A stretch of 64,000 bases of DNA from the human T2T-CHM13v2.0 reference genome, Homo sapiens (GCF_009914755.1 NC_060930.1); one strand, 5' to 3'. Counted from the stretch's first letter, positions 13,330 through 27,039 are shown. Notes: generated by a model not told the origin, from the sequence alone. Numbers and translations: made by a program.

Positions 13330-13483
13330 CGTGGGGCTCGGACAGGCTCCAGGCGCACCTGGAAAGCCCCTGCAAGTTGATGTACAATGATGCTGTCATG
13401 TTTGTGTACATGTTTCTGGAGAGAGGGCCTGCAGCTTTTCAGATTTTCAAAGATTTTTGCCAACCCAAAAGGTTAAGAACCAG
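13330..13483. mobile_element. Old hAT-Charlie MITE (MER103-like)
   Basis: tttctggagagagggcc...cagattttcaaag...aaaaggttaagaacca; a related copy lies near 8880-9040. Confidence 0.5.
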
Positions 13484-13750
13484 TTATAAAACATTTTCTT
13501 ATGTTTTATGCAACAGGGAACATTTTAAACATACAGAAGACATATTCTTAATTCTAAAAACATTTCAGAGCAGACTTCTAAACAGTCTCCTGTAAGGAGC
13601 AAAAACGAAGCTGCCAGAGAGCATCTGTGTACACAGAGGTTCGTTAAAAATCACTGTCATATTCTTAGAAGTTTGAAGGAAGAAAACTTACAATTCAATT
13701 TTTTTAAAAATGACTACATAAACAGCCATATGATTTCATTTTATACTCAC

Positions 13751-13882
13751 CTTGGGATTCCAAGTTTATATTGAAAGTTTCCTTTTCTTTCCTTTATATT
13801 CTACTGAAAATCCCCATCCCCATTTATCCAACCACATGCAGTGCTGCAGCTTCCAGACTCACACATACTGCTGCAACAGAAC
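13751..13882 (-). pseudogene. Transmembrane-like exon of the SRCR pseudogene
   Basis: 132 nt, phase 1-1, strong donor CAAG|gtgagt, weak acceptor. Reads GSVAAVCVSLEAAALHVVG*MGMGIFSRI*RKEKETFNINLESQ: a hydrophobic stretch followed by a basic cluster, with two TAA stops. Confidence 0.5.
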
Positions 13883-13908
13883 CTGTATGTTTTACTATAT
13901 TTAAATGA

Positions 13909-14305
<397 letters not shown>

Positions 14306-14620
14306 CAGACTTAGTAAATTTTTTGTTAACAATGCAAAATGTTCAGCAATATGTAAGCCACTCAACCTCAGGAAAATGACTTGGCCTCCCTGAATGCTGC
14401 CTTTTGTGGAAAATGAGGGTGCGCCTGCCTCCTGGGGTTGGTTCTGAGGCTAGATCGGGTGTGACTGGCATGAGAGCCTGACACGGCACACAGCCGATAA
14501 ACAGAAAATGTTTGCTTGCGTTCCTCATGAATCTGGTAATTTTCCACCTTTTCTCTAGGAATGTTAGACTCCACACTGCTGCAACAACCTAATTTTTCCA
14601 TCTTTTGTAAAGTTTAAATG

Positions 14621-15094
14621 CATAAACAAAAAATAAAATGTTAAGCTCCACCCCTCCCAACCATCTGAATGAACCCGGCAAAGGGCACTCCAGAGTTCAA
14701 CTGAAAAGCTGGTTCAGGCTGTGATGGGAAGAGGGGGTGGGACAGGCTTCATCATGCCCACCTCCCTTTTGGAATTCAAGGAAAGCTGACCAGCATAAAC
14801 ATCAGTACAGACCTGAAGTTTGATAAGAAACACTGACCATCTCTTCTCTCTGAAGCCTGCTACCGGGAGGGAGGTTTCATCCGCATGATAAAATCTTAAG
14901 TTGTCCCAACTTTCTGGACCGAACCAAGGTATTTCTTAAATGTATGTGATTGAAGTCTCACATCTCCCTACAATGTGTATAACCAAGCTGTGCTCCAACC
15001 ACCTTGGGCACATGTCACAGGCCATGATCACTCATATTTGGCTCAGAATAAATCTCTTCAAATATTTTACAGAGTTCGACTCTTTTCACCGACA
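14621..15094 (+). mobile_element. Solo ERV1 LTR (MER4 group)
   Basis: Ends ggctcagaataaatctcttcaaatattttacagag...gaca; 4-bp TSD AATG at 14617-14620 and 15095-15098. Confidence 0.8.
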
Positions 15095-15779
15095 AATGGG
15101 CAATGTGTTGTGTTTGCATGAGGAGCCCCTGGTTGAGAGCAAGTTCCCTGCCGGTTCTGCCCTCAGGTTCTTGGTGGCCAGAGACACTCCCCAGGGCGGG
15201 CAGCCAGTCTGGTGCTGGCCAGGGCTGTGCTGCTTAGCAAGGCCACAGAAGGGACGGAGCTGCCCTGCCTGCCAAGCCTGGGAAGCCTGCTCAGGTTGTT
15301 TACTGCTGGCCTTTCAGGAAGTGCTTTGGGAACAACCTCACACCTCTCAGGTCATCTGACTCTCAGTCCCACTGGGAGGGCAGCTTAACCTGTTTGTCTG
15401 CTTGTTGCTTGTTGGGCTGTGCAAGCAGTGAGGCTGGATTGTTGCCTCAGGAGTAAGTTACATAAGAGACTCTACATTACATTACATTACAGCTCTACAA
15501 TGCACCAGACGGACCCATCTGGATTCTTTCGGGGCTCTTAGCCCTAGAAATAGCATCATTTCTTCAAACTGGTGAGTCCTCCTGTCTAATCAGGATGCAG
15601 AGAGTTGATGCACGGCATGGCACAGGTATATTGTGGGAGCAGCCCTCTCCATTCATGCCAGAATTCTGGGCATTTAATTCAAGTCCCTCCAAAAGAGTGT
15701 TGACAGCTTTGTTCTCTCCTTATCCCTTTTCTCTCCTCTTCCTCCTTCTGACTGCAGGATGCTGGGCAAGGCTGGCAGG

Positions 15780-16212
15780 CCCGGGAGAGCCTGTGGCCAG
15801 CCTGGGTCCAGGAAGTGGGCAGCTGCCACAGAGGGGCCTCCGAGGCTAGCTGCCTCCTAACTTCCTCACGGCACACCATTCTGCCGTCCTGAGTCTTCTC
15901 AAGGTTGGAAGGTGCCCAGATCCAGGGAGATGGTGCTGGCTCTTTGGTGGCTGTGGAGTGTCCAGACAGATGAGCTGGAATCCTTCAGTTTCTCTGCCTC
16001 TCCTGTCAAGTTGGGGTAGCACTGCTTGGACTCTTGCCCCGGCTGCATTGACCAAGCCTTGATGTTGCCTTGACCAAGCCTTGATGTTGCCTTCTTTGCC
16101 AAACCACTGGCCACGATGTTGCTGGCACAGCAGCCCAAAGGCAGCTGCTTGTCCATCTCAGCCTGACCCAGCCTTCATGCGGGCTCCATCTCAGCCATTG
16201 TAAAGCAAGCTC
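15780..16212 (-). pseudogene. Decayed SRCR exon (membrane-proximal)
   Basis: Reads SPHEGWVRLR..LWAAV..SW, later PGSGH and VCRE..EAPLWQ. Contains a 22-bp tandem duplication at 16048-16091. Boundaries approximate. Confidence 0.5.
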
Positions 16213-16433
16213 CTAGTTCTAGTTCTCCCCCACAAATTTTATTGCTAAATAAACAATTAAGCTACCCCTTTAAATAGTAAAAATATGTATATACAAACAA
16301 GATCTAAACCCATCACAAGAATGTATCAACCAAGCCAGGCACAGCGGCATGCACCTGTGGTCCCAGCTATTCAGGAGGCTGAGGCTGAAGGATCAGTTAT
16401 GCCCAGGTTGGAATCCAGCCTGGGCAACATAGT

Positions 16434-18716
16434 TGTATTAGTCCATTTTTATGCTGCTGATAAAGACACACCTGAGACTGGGAAGAAAAAGAGACTTAAT
16501 TGGATTCACAGTTCCACGTGGCTGGGAAGGCCTCAGAATCATGGTGGAGGACAAAAGGCACACCATACATGGCGGCAGCAAGAAAGAATGAGGAAGAAAT
16601 AAAAGCAGAAGCCCCTGATAAACCCATCAGATCTCATGAGACTTACTCACCATCACAAGAATAGCATGGAAACGATCGACCCCCATGATTCAGTTACCTC
16701 CCCCTGAGTTGCTCCCACAACATGTGGGAATTCTGAGAGATACAATTGAAGTTGAGATTTGAATGGGGACACAGCCAAATCATATCATTCTTTCCCTGGC
16801 CCCTCCAAATCTCATGTCCTCACATTTCAAAACCAATCATGCCTTCTCAACACTCCCCCAAAGTCTTAACTCATTTCAGCATTAACCCAAAAGTCCACAG
16901 TCCAAAGTCTCATCTGAGACAAGGCATGGTGGAAGTTTCTTCCACCTATGGGCCTGTAAAATCAAAAGCAAGCTAGTTCCTTCCTAGATACAATAGGGGT
17001 ACAGGTATTGGGTAAATACAGCTGTTCCAAATGGGAGAAATTGGCCAAAACAAAGGGGTTACAGGGCCCATGCAAGTCCAAAATCCAGCGGGAATGTCAA
17101 ATTTTAAAGCTCCAAAATGATGTCCTTTGACTCCAGGTCTCACATCCAGGTCATGCTGATGCAAGAGGTAGGTTCCCATGGTTTTGGGCAGCTCTGCCCC
17201 TGTGGCTTTTCAGGGTACAGCCTCCCTCCCAGCTGCTTTCATGGGTTGGCGTTGAGTGTCTGTGGCTTTTCCAGGCACACAGTGCAAGCTGTTTGTGGAT
17301 CTACCATTCTGGGGTCTGGTGGACAATGGCCCTCTTCTCATAGCTCCACTAGCCAGTGCCCCAGTAAGGACTCTGTGTGAGGGCTCCAACCCCACATTTC
17401 CCTTCTGCACTGCCCTGGCAGAGGTTCTCCATGAGGGCCCCACCCCTGCAGCAAACTTTTGCCTGGGCATCCAGGTGTTTCCACACATCTTCTGTAATCT
17501 AGGTGGAGGTTCCCAAACCTCAGTTCTTGACTTCTGTGCACCCTCATGCTCAACACCACGTGGAAGCTACCAAGGCTTGGGGCTTCCACCCTCTGAAGCC
17601 ACAGCCTGAGCTGTATGTCGGCCCCTTTCAGTCATGGCTGGAGCATCTGGAACACAGGGCACCAAGTCCCTAGGCTGCACACAGCACAGGGACCCTGGGC
17701 CTGGCCCACAAAACCACTTTTGCCTCCTGGGCCTCTGGACCTGTGATGGGAGGGGCTGCCATGAAGGTCTGTGACATGGCCTGGAGACATTTTCCCCATG
17801 GTCTTGGGGATTAACATTAGGCTCCTTGCTACTTATGAAATTTCTGCAGCCGGCTTGAATTTCTCCCCAGAAGATGGGTTTTTCTTTTCTACTGCATCGT
17901 CAGGCTGCAGATGTTCTGAACTTTGATGCTCTGCTTCCCTTTTAAAAGGGAATGCTTTTAACAGCACCCAGGTCACAGCTTGAATGATTTGCTGCTTAGA
18001 AATTTCTTCCACCCAATACCCTAAATCATCTCTCTCAAGTTCAAAGTTCCACAAATCTCTAGGGCAGAAGCAAAATGCTCCCTGTCTCTTTGCTAAAACA
18101 TAACAAAGTCACCTTTACTCCAGTTCCCAACAAGCTCCTCATCTCCTTCTGAGACCACCTCAGCCTGGACCTTATTGTCCATATTGCTATCAGGCTTTTG
18201 GTCAAAGCCATTCAACGAGTCTCTAGGAAGTTCCAAACTTTCCCACATTTTCCTGTCTTCCTCAGAGCGCTCCAAACTGTTCCAAAATCTGCCTGTTACC
18301 CAGTTCCAAAATTGCTTCCACATTTTGGTGTATCTTTTCAGCAGCACCCCACTCTACTGGTACCAATTTACTGCATTAGTCTGTATTCACACTGCTGAGA
18401 AAGACATACCTGAAACTGGGAAGAAAAAGAGGTTTAATTGGACTTACAGTTCCACATGACTGGGGAGGCCTCTGAATCATGGAGGGAGGCAAAAGGCACT
18501 TCTTACATGGTGGCAGCAAGAGAGAATGAGGAAGAAGCAAAAGCAGATAAAACTATTAGATCTCGTGAGACTTATTCACTATCATGAGAATAGCATGGAA
18601 AAGACCGGCCCCCGTGATTCAATGACCTCCCCCTGGGTCCCTCCCACAACACATGGGAATTCTGGGAGATACAATTGAAGTTGAGATTTGAATGGGGACA
18701 CAGCCAAACCATATCA
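16434..18716 (-). mobile_element. Full-length THE1C MaLR element (LTR 16434-16787, internal 16788-18371, LTR 18372-18716)
   Basis: Two THE1C-type LTRs flank a ~1.58-kb internal region with MaLR peptide WESLELPRD..EELVGNWSKGD. TSD atagt/gtagt. Inserted into an Alu monomer (16333-16433 and 18722-18741). Confidence 0.93.
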
Positions 18717-18961
18717 GTAGTGTCCCCTGTCTCTCAAAAAAGGAAAGAATTAATCAACCAAAGGAGAAATCTGAGTGGCTGTGGCTAGTGCTCTGGGCTG
18801 GGCATGGACAGTAGTCCCAGGGAAGCCTCCCTGTCACGAATTATGGTGGCCAATTAACCATGTCAGCCGTAGTTTCATCATAACCAGAGTTTCAAAGAGA
18901 GAATGAATCATAAAACTTTAAAGCTTAGAAAAGATCTCAGAAATTAAGACCCGTATCTTAG

Positions 18962-19130
18962 AGTGGAGCTTCTCAAATGTCATCGTGCATGCGATCCCCT
19001 GGGCATCTCGTTAGGGAGAGTTCTGAGTCGGAGGACAGGGGCAGGGCAGGGGGCAGGGATCAGCATCTCTAACCAGCTCCTGGGGAGGCCGCTGTGGGGC
19101 CATGCTGGGATGGCAAGGCCTCAGAGGACC
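18962..19130. mobile_element. MER5A-like DNA transposon
   Basis: cttctcaaa...gatcccctgggcatct...gcatctctaaccagctcc. Confidence 0.55.
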
Positions 19131-22112
19131 CAGGGCTTCCAGTGTAGACTCAGCTTCACCCCGCAGAATAAGAGGAAACATGTTAGAACTCATTTTTCTG
19201 TATTTTCAGGTATAGAGACCCTTGGGGAGGGTCCAACCCTGCTGCGTTTAGCGTAGCTTGTCATGGAGAGGTTCCAGTGTGTTTACACCTTTGAACCATC
19301 ACAACGCCCAGCATGAACTCTTCAAACTTTTGTATTCATGGCTCCAAATGTTGAAATTTTAAAAATGACTTTAAGGCTTTTTATTTATTTTTAATTTTTT
19401 TCTACAACTTTAAAGCAAAACTCAAGTATGAGCTCAGAAGTATTTTTCTCTTTGAAAATGTTTAAAAAAAAATGCTGCAGGTAAATGAAGCTGTTTCTTT
19501 GGGACCAGCCCATGGAGTGCTGGAGTAGCTGTGAGGTGTGCGCCAGGCCAGGGGACTCACCCCGTTTGTGCTTCCATGTTCTTGTAAAATGTGGATTGTA
19601 GTGGAGCCTACCCCAGAGGGCTGCTGAGAAAATTAAATTAGTTACTGCATGTAACACTTAGAAAATACAAACATGAAGCGCGTTTAATACCGAATGCCCT
19701 CATTGAACGTTCATTGATAATGTTATTGCTGTTGCTGCTTCTCACTCCACCTCTCTCACTGGGGCCTGGGAGCGGGGATGCCTGCAGGTGTGTTGGAATC
19801 CGTCAGTGCAATGCCAGGGGCACGCAGGCAGAAGCGGGTGGGACTCGTCCTGGTAGTGGGGGCGAGTTCAAGGTAACGCAGCAGACAAGGAGAAATGGAT
19901 TTTCATTGACCGGTAAGTTTTAAATGGAAAACAATCATTCAAAAGAGGCAATTTGAGGACACAGTGAGCCTTCGTCTGCACCCCAGAGCTGCAGGGGCTG
20001 CTGCGGCCCGAGGACAGGCTCGCTGCTGTGACCTGGAAAAGCCCTTCCTGTCTCAGATCAGTTCCATGATCTGATTCTCATGAATCATTGAGTAAAAGGG
20101 GATGCTTCCAAAGCTCCCTTCAATTTTACCCAGCAGAGGCCCTGATGTTACCGGGCCACCCCTGATACCTTAAGGCCAGGGAGACAGAAAGGTGACATGG
20201 GGACCCCAGTGCCTGTCCGCTCTTTACTTCCTGCTTTCAGCCTCAGGGAGGGAAGCCCTGTTGGGATGCTAAGGGGTGTCATTAGACGGTCATCAGTCTT
20301 AGCACCGGCCACCTTCAAATGAGCCCTCAAGGTCCCCCACTGCTCAGCAGACAGGGGCTGTGTCAGCCTGGGGTGATAACACCCACATACCCTGGCTCAG
20401 CCTGCACACAGTAAGTTCCCCCAGTAAGAGCTTCTGAGTGCAAAAGAGATCTGTCAAGTTGATCAGACATGGATCAAATCAAATGTCTCATTAATTATTC
20501 TTATTATTAATTTTCATTAGCTGAGTTTTTTTTTTAATTGATGAAATTCTTCATCTATTTAGCATTGTGTAGACGCATTGTGTCATTTGGAAAAGTGAAA
20601 TGCAGAAAACGTCATTGACTTTGCACTGGACATCAGAATTTTCGTTCCCCTGACACAGGGATGGGACTTAACTAGTAAAGTGAGTCCCCCACCCCCCAAT
20701 CCACAGCTCCCCCAGGACCAGCAGAACGTGGGTCTGAAGGAGGCCTGAGGATGTCCATGGCCAGTCCAGAGACTGTCATTTGCTCCCAGAGATCCTCAGG
20801 TACCCCAGTTCATCCTAGAGAGAGTCCCAGTCCCTAACAAAGTTCCAGAACCACCTAATGAAGATGTGAACCTTCTTGGGAGTCTCTAAACTACTCATTC
20901 ATTCAACAAATACCTGTGGAGTCACTCACTCTGTGCAAACAGCTGTAATGAGCAGTATGAGAAACTTCCCTCCACGAAAGGCATAATTTAGGGGAGACAG
21001 GCAGGTTAATTACTAACTATCACGCCAGGCTGAATGCCATGGATGCTATAATAAGTGTACAAACTACATGGTGGGGATGCTGGGTCAGGGATTCAATCTG
21101 ATGGGAAGCTTCAGGATGAGCTGGGCTTCAAAAGACATGGCAGGCAGAGGAGAGAGAGGTAGAACCTTAGTCATGAACTGTTACTTAATCTCTAACTTTC
21201 TGTTTAGCCAGATAATACTTTCCATGGCTCAAATATTTAAATGATATTTAAAGATGTGTTCAGGAGGTCTCACTCCCACTCCACCCCCATGCATGCGGGT
21301 CCCTTGTCACACCTCCTGCTGTGCCGCGTGCACTGGGTCTGGCTCGCCTGTCTATGTCTACGAAGATGCAAGCAGTGCCCATTCGTATTCTTATTCCCCT
21401 TCCTCGTGCACACAGTGCAGCATATTGCTTTTTTTTGCTGAACGTCATATTCTGATGATCTTTCCTTATCCATACACGGAGCTCTTTCTCATTCTTTCCC
21501 TAGAGCTGCATATAATTCAAGCAGCCCTGGATGGATTTACATCTGCTCCTCTCCCGGCCTTGTGCTGTTACAAACACACCACGGTGAGTGGTGCACAGAT
21601 GTCATTTTGCACATGGGCTGGTATGGACAACACCAGATTCCCTTCCCTAGCTGGAATGCCATTTTGCATATCTCCCGACAACACACGAGTGCCTGCTTTC
21701 CACAGCACCTCCAACAGAATGCATTCTCACCCCTTTCAGTTGTTTGCTTATCTCATCCCTGAGAAATAGAATCTCAATTTAGTTTCAGTTGCATTTCTCT
21801 TACTGGGAATGATAAAGAGCCACTGAAATGTGTATTCTTAAGAGAATGATCATTAGGTATTGCATCCAACGTCCCTCTAAACATTCCATATCAATTTTAG
21901 AGAGCCAGTAGTGAGACCAGACACCAGGCGGAATATGGCTCATTATCTGACTCCAGGTCATTCTACTTCTGATAAAATTAAACCTGTAAGTATGGGAAGA
22001 CCCACTGTGCGTGTGCAGGGATTTGCCTGTTACATAGTGATATTTAGCACGGTGGAGCGGGGAAGGCTTTGCTGGTGCTGATCCTACAGTCAGGTTGTCT
22101 GGAAAAGAGCGT

Positions 22113-22421
22113 CTTTTGGGAGACACAAGACAAGCACCCAGAGGCAGCGGTGACGTGTGAGCAGGCGGCCCCAGCTCATCCCTACCGGGCCTGGGTAGAA
22201 CCTCTGTCCTCTGCAGACGGGGCTCCTGTGGACGTCGAAGCCCCAGGCAGTCCCGGTGCCCTGCGGAAGAAGCTCCAGGAGGTTCCTTTCCTCACCATAT
22301 GTGGAGCCTGAAACCGGTTTTGCCATGGTTTCTGCGCCATGGTTTCGGGTGAGCTGTGGGTCTCTTGCTCACTGACCCCACATCATCCTGCAGGGACTGG
22401 GAAGGGGAACCGAGGCTGCCA
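22113..22421 (-). pseudogene. Decayed SRCR exon
   Basis: Pyrimidine-rich acceptor ...ccactgtcaccgttag. Second half reads QGTGTAWGFDVH..VCRGQ, SWG, ACSHVTAA, WVLVLC (compare FGQGTGPIW..C.G.E..WG..CSH..A.V.C). Confidence 0.52.
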
Positions 22422-23289
22422 CTAACGGTGACAGTGGCAGAGAGTAGGAAGTAAATACATGTGCTTAGTGCGCTTGAAGTAGTGTAAATGGACTCAGCAG
22501 TGAGGATTTGGCTGTGGCACAGCAAGGCTAGGGGATGCCCTCTATGCCACGGCAGCTGGCAGCTCCTTCAGACCCCTGGGCCAGACCATTTGCCGTGGTC
22601 TGAGGCAACCCGGTGGAGAGGAGGGCATAACTGTGTCGCAGGATTCATCCCTGGGCAGCCACGGGCTCCGCTGGGCTCCATGTCCAGAGCCTGTCCCTGC
22701 AGACGGAGCCCCCCGAGTGATGGCCCAGATTATTGACTACCAGGAGCACCTCAGAGGGCAGAGCCCATAGCAGGGCCCACAGAGGCCTTCAAAATCCCTT
22801 TGTCACATACCCAGCCCATGAACCGAGCCAGGAGAGGGCCCCAGAAGCCTGGCGACTCTTCCCAAGGCTTCACTGGGATGGTCCCTCCTAGCCTGGGACG
22901 CTTGCTCAGAATCCCTCCAGGACAACAAGGCTAAACTGAGGGACTGATGTCCAAACAGCCGCCCACTCCCCTCACAACCACGCAGCCATAGGAGGGGAGA
23001 GCCAGGCGTGCAGGTAGAGGAGAGAGGGGTTCTGCGTCAAGTCCTCCGGGCGCCCCCACCCCACTTGCACAGAGCCTGCTTCTGCGGCCCCAGCTTGGGG
23101 CACTCCATCTTGACATTGCCCTCCTCCCTCTGCCCCCCGTCTGAGCTGGATGAGGAAGGCAGGCCGGAGCTGAAAGGGCACAGTTCTGCCCCGCTCCAGG
23201 GCCTGCTGCCCTGACAGCCCCAGGGCACGGAAAGTCACCAGGACCCTCACCTGTGACTTAGGAAAATGTCTAAAGAGCTTTGTGAGGAT

Positions 23290-24240
23290 TTGGCACAAAA
23301 TGCCTGCAAGTGATTCTGTCCTGGATATATTTGGAAGTTAGAGCCAACCTAATTAATTTGCTGCTGGGTTGGATGTGGTGGTTGAGAGAGAGAGTTCCCC
23401 AGGGTGGCACCCAGGGGAGGCTGGCACACCTGGAACATCGAGTTTACCAGGACGGGAGCGGAGTGCCAGGAGCAGGTTCTGCAGGAAGGGATTTCAACTT
23501 GGGACATGGCAATGCTGAGATGTCCATTGGGCAGCTAAGTGGAGGCTCCCAGGAGCCCTTTGTGAGTCCAAAGTTCAGGAGAAGGGACGGAGCTGGAGCC
23601 CAGATGGAGAGCCATCGGCTCAGAGATGAGCTTTGAGGCCCACAGCCTGGAGGTTGAGTGGAGAGAACAAGATCCCAGGTGGACCTCTGGGCGCGCAGGT
23701 CTCAGGAGGTCAGGAAAGGACCCAGGAAAGGGGGCTGAGAAGGTGCAGCCTGACCAGGCGGGAGATGGCCAAGGGAGGGGTGTCCCTGATGCTGGTGGAA
23801 CGGGGGCTCTGGGGAGGCCGTGAAGGCTGGGCAGGATGAGGGAGAGTTCAGGGAGAGGATGGAGAATTCAGAGCAGCTGTGGAGGAGGAGATCAGGCTCA
23901 AGGGAAGATATAGCGCAGGAAGATTCCTGGTCATCTGATTTAGGCGACCTGTGAAGAAGTCCGCTGCAAGAGGATGTGGGAAAATGGAGTGGATCCGGAA
24001 GGGAAAAAATGGGCCAAAAGGAATGTTTTGGTTTCGTTTTCCCGAGATGGGAGAAATAGTGGCACGTCTGGGCACTGGTGAGAAAGATCAGGGAGAGAGG
24101 GCGAATATGACGATGTGGGCGGGAGAAGGAGGCGCCACAGGGCTTCCCAGGCGGGTGCAGGGGGAAGGGTCTGGCCTTTGACAGGAGTGAGACTGGCTCA
24201 TCCCCTCCTGAATGTGATTGGCGGCAATTCCCAGATGAAG
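23290..24240 (-). mobile_element. L2 ORF2 fragment
   Basis: Purine-rich antisense L2 sequence; track ORF 23702..24253 has L2 RT-like SLLSKARP.. Confidence 0.7.
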
Positions 24241-26413
24241 ATGGAGTCAGCACTCTGGCAGGGTGGACTGGGGTGGGCTGGATGACATGTTCGAAACCTG
24301 CAGGCAGACACGTGCATTTTCAAAAGCTGCCCAAGAGATGTTTCACGGCCCTCGCCTCCCAGCCTGCCTCGCCTCGGGCTTTGGGGATGCCGACACGCAG
24401 GTGCAGCTTCTGAGAGACAGAGGGGCCTGTTCGGTGTGGGGGATGGCCTGGGGCTCAGGTGCCATTTCAGGCGTCAGGGGCAAAGGCGAGGAACAGTGCC
24501 TGGTGTGGAGCTGGCGGAGAAGATGGTTGTCACTGTTCACTCCAGGAAGGATTTCTTGACCTAGCTCTGCTCTGATTCACTGATTGCGATATTATAGTCC
24601 ATTTTCTATTTCAATGTGCAGTTTAACTTTCATTATTTCCAAGTCTGCAGAAATATTTCCCCACGGACCCCATGGACATGTAAGAGTGGGCTCCTCCCCA
24701 TCCTCCACACTGCTCGTCGGCTTTGGGAACGGAAATCACGTCAAGGCCCAGCCCAACAAAGACCCTGAAGTCAGGAAAGCCTTCCCTGTGGAGACTGCCT
24801 GTCTGTCTGCTTCAGATCAGTTTACCCCAGGTCCAGACAGGGTCATTCTGGTACTAAGGGGCATGGAATGACCCAGATGGTCCCACTCCATTCCTGGCAC
24901 CCACCCACCCCACCTGACCCCACCCCACCCACATACAGATAAAGTTGTAGGACAACTGCACACCCTCATGATAGCCATTCTGCTCACTTGAGGGCTCAGT
25001 GGGATGTTCAAGTTTTCCTTCCAAAACCTTCTAATGTCCCATATCACTCTTTATACCCTCCTCAGGAAGTTCACCCAGATCTGGAGTTAAGGAACCCTAG
25101 GTTAAGGGTGAGAAAATGAGGTTAGGTATGAGGAGGGGAGAAAATCAAGAGCCATGTTGTAATCACTCATTGTTACCTCCCACACCGTTCTGGAAGGTTC
25201 CAGGCTCATGCCTGCCAAACCCAACCCTGATTCCCTGGCAAGCATCAAGACCACACAGTGCAGAACAGAAAGATAAACATTTCATAGGAAAAGACCTGAC
25301 TCAGAATGAAGGTAGAGGTGGCAGACCCCAAACCACACACATGCGTACAGTAGGTGCTTAACAAATACTTGCGGAACAGATGGATGCACAGAGGGGGCCT
25401 CATGGGAAGACCCTGGCCCTGAAGGCCTTGAGCATTAGGATGTGTGCTGAGCCAAGGTCGCCCCAGGGCAAGGCGGCTGGAGCGCTCCTTAAAGATTCCA
25501 TTCACTCCCTGCCAAGAGCCGGCATCCACATGGCTGCCTTGGAGTGCTGAGGTCAGAGGTGAGGAAGTATTTTGAAACTGTGAAAACTTTGAGCTGACTC
25601 TCTGGTTCCCAGGACTCTGTCCAGTGCCCATGTGACGTGTGCTCTGGATGGGAGTCTGCACGATCGTTCTCCAGCCCAGCTCTGCCACAGAAGCTCAAGC
25701 AGCCAGGAGGCCAGCCACTGAGTGAGGAGGGATTGGGGAGATAGTCACGGTTGCACAGCAGACGCTGAGCCAGGCACTGCTCCTGGATTAACTCACTCAA
25801 TCCTCACGACGGCCCGTTATTATTGACATTTTACAGTTGGAAAGACTGAGGCAGGGGGCCATACGGGGAGGATGCTGGGCACAGGGATTTAAACTCAGGC
25901 TGCGCAGCCCTGAAAGGCTGGCTCTTAGTCACCATGCCATGCAGCCTCTCTCAACCCAGAACACCGGATTACAGCTCTCCACTGTACACCCGTCCATGCC
26001 TCCCTCCCTTTTTCCCTCCCCCCATCCCTCCATCCACCCATCTATATATTACTAACAAGCCCATTGGTTTGGCAGCAGACCAAGCTGGGTGGTAGCAAAG
26101 AGAAGAAGAGATGTGGACACACACTGTGCACCTGCTACCACATGCATTAGGCTGTGTGCACAGAGAGGGCTGGCGCAGAAGGCCGAAGCGGGATGGGCAT
26201 CTTTCTGTGACCAAGAGGAAACATCCCTAGATGCCTCCCTGTTCACCCCCACTTCTGGGTCCCATCTTTGTACTCCCTCTACCTTTCATCTCCACCCCTC
26301 GCTAACCTTACACGCCCCCCAGGAAAGCTTTTCTTCCCATTGTTTGCCCTTCCTAAATGTCACCTTAGTTCTGAACAATGCTGCGTTTTATACTAGTGAA
26401 GCATAAACTTCAC

Positions 26414-26719
26414 CTATGGAAGGAAAGTAACTGGAATGTCCATGATAAATTACCCGGATAAGAGTAGCATAAGGGGTTGATTGCATTGATTGATTAGTGA
26501 AATTATCACCAGATATATCCAGTCTCCCATAAGCCGGGCAACAGACTCTATGGCAGGTGAAACTCACACTCCTGGGACAGGCTCCATTGCAAATGTCCTG
26601 ACAAACTATGAGCTGTTTCTCAATCATGTTATCAGCGGTGCAAAATCCAGTGTCAGCACACAGCCACTGCCAGGAGACAGTGTGAGCACCAACACACAAT
26701 GCAGTCTTTGTGTTTCCAT
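26414..26719 (-). pseudogene. Cys-rich SRCR-like exon, still open (306 nt, phase 1-1)
   Basis: Acceptor ttttcctttcttttgcaccag; donor ATAG|gtgaag. Reads DGNTKTALCVGAHTVSWQWLCADTG...LIVCQDICNGAC...STPYATLIRVIYHG. The two terminal Tyr codons (TAT) sit where Cys (TGT) would be expected. Confidence 0.6.
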
Positions 26720-27039
26720 CTGGTGCAAAAGAAAGGAAAACAGCTTTGGTCAATAAATAATACGCATGGCTGTTGCGGTTTTTCAATACAGCCAATAAAC
26801 ACAATCTTAAAATTGAGTTATATAATGCTACATTCATCCTTCATTTCTTTTTATTGGACTTGATCTACCTAGAGCTTCTGTAAAGTGGCTACCCACAAGA
26901 ACATAGTTGAAAGCCAAAAAATAGAGTGAAATAAATCAAAAATAATCTCGACTTTCCTTCAGATTTTAAAACAAAGACCCTGTGTATAGCATCCATGTTA
27001 CATGACATACCCGATGATCCTCTGTCCCCTGCTGAGTAA

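Noticed and set aside
16973-18347. Retroviral-looking ORFs
   Set aside because: Fragments of the non-coding THE1 internal region.
19950-20170. Additional SRCR-like exon (KIEGSFGSI)
   Set aside because: Overlaps MIR-like sequence; insufficient support.
24300-24644. Possible further SRCR exon (VKL, YRNQ*, ENARVC); similar weak case at ~45290-45565
   Set aside because: Too few diagnostic cysteines to list as a feature; worth including in the HMM scan.
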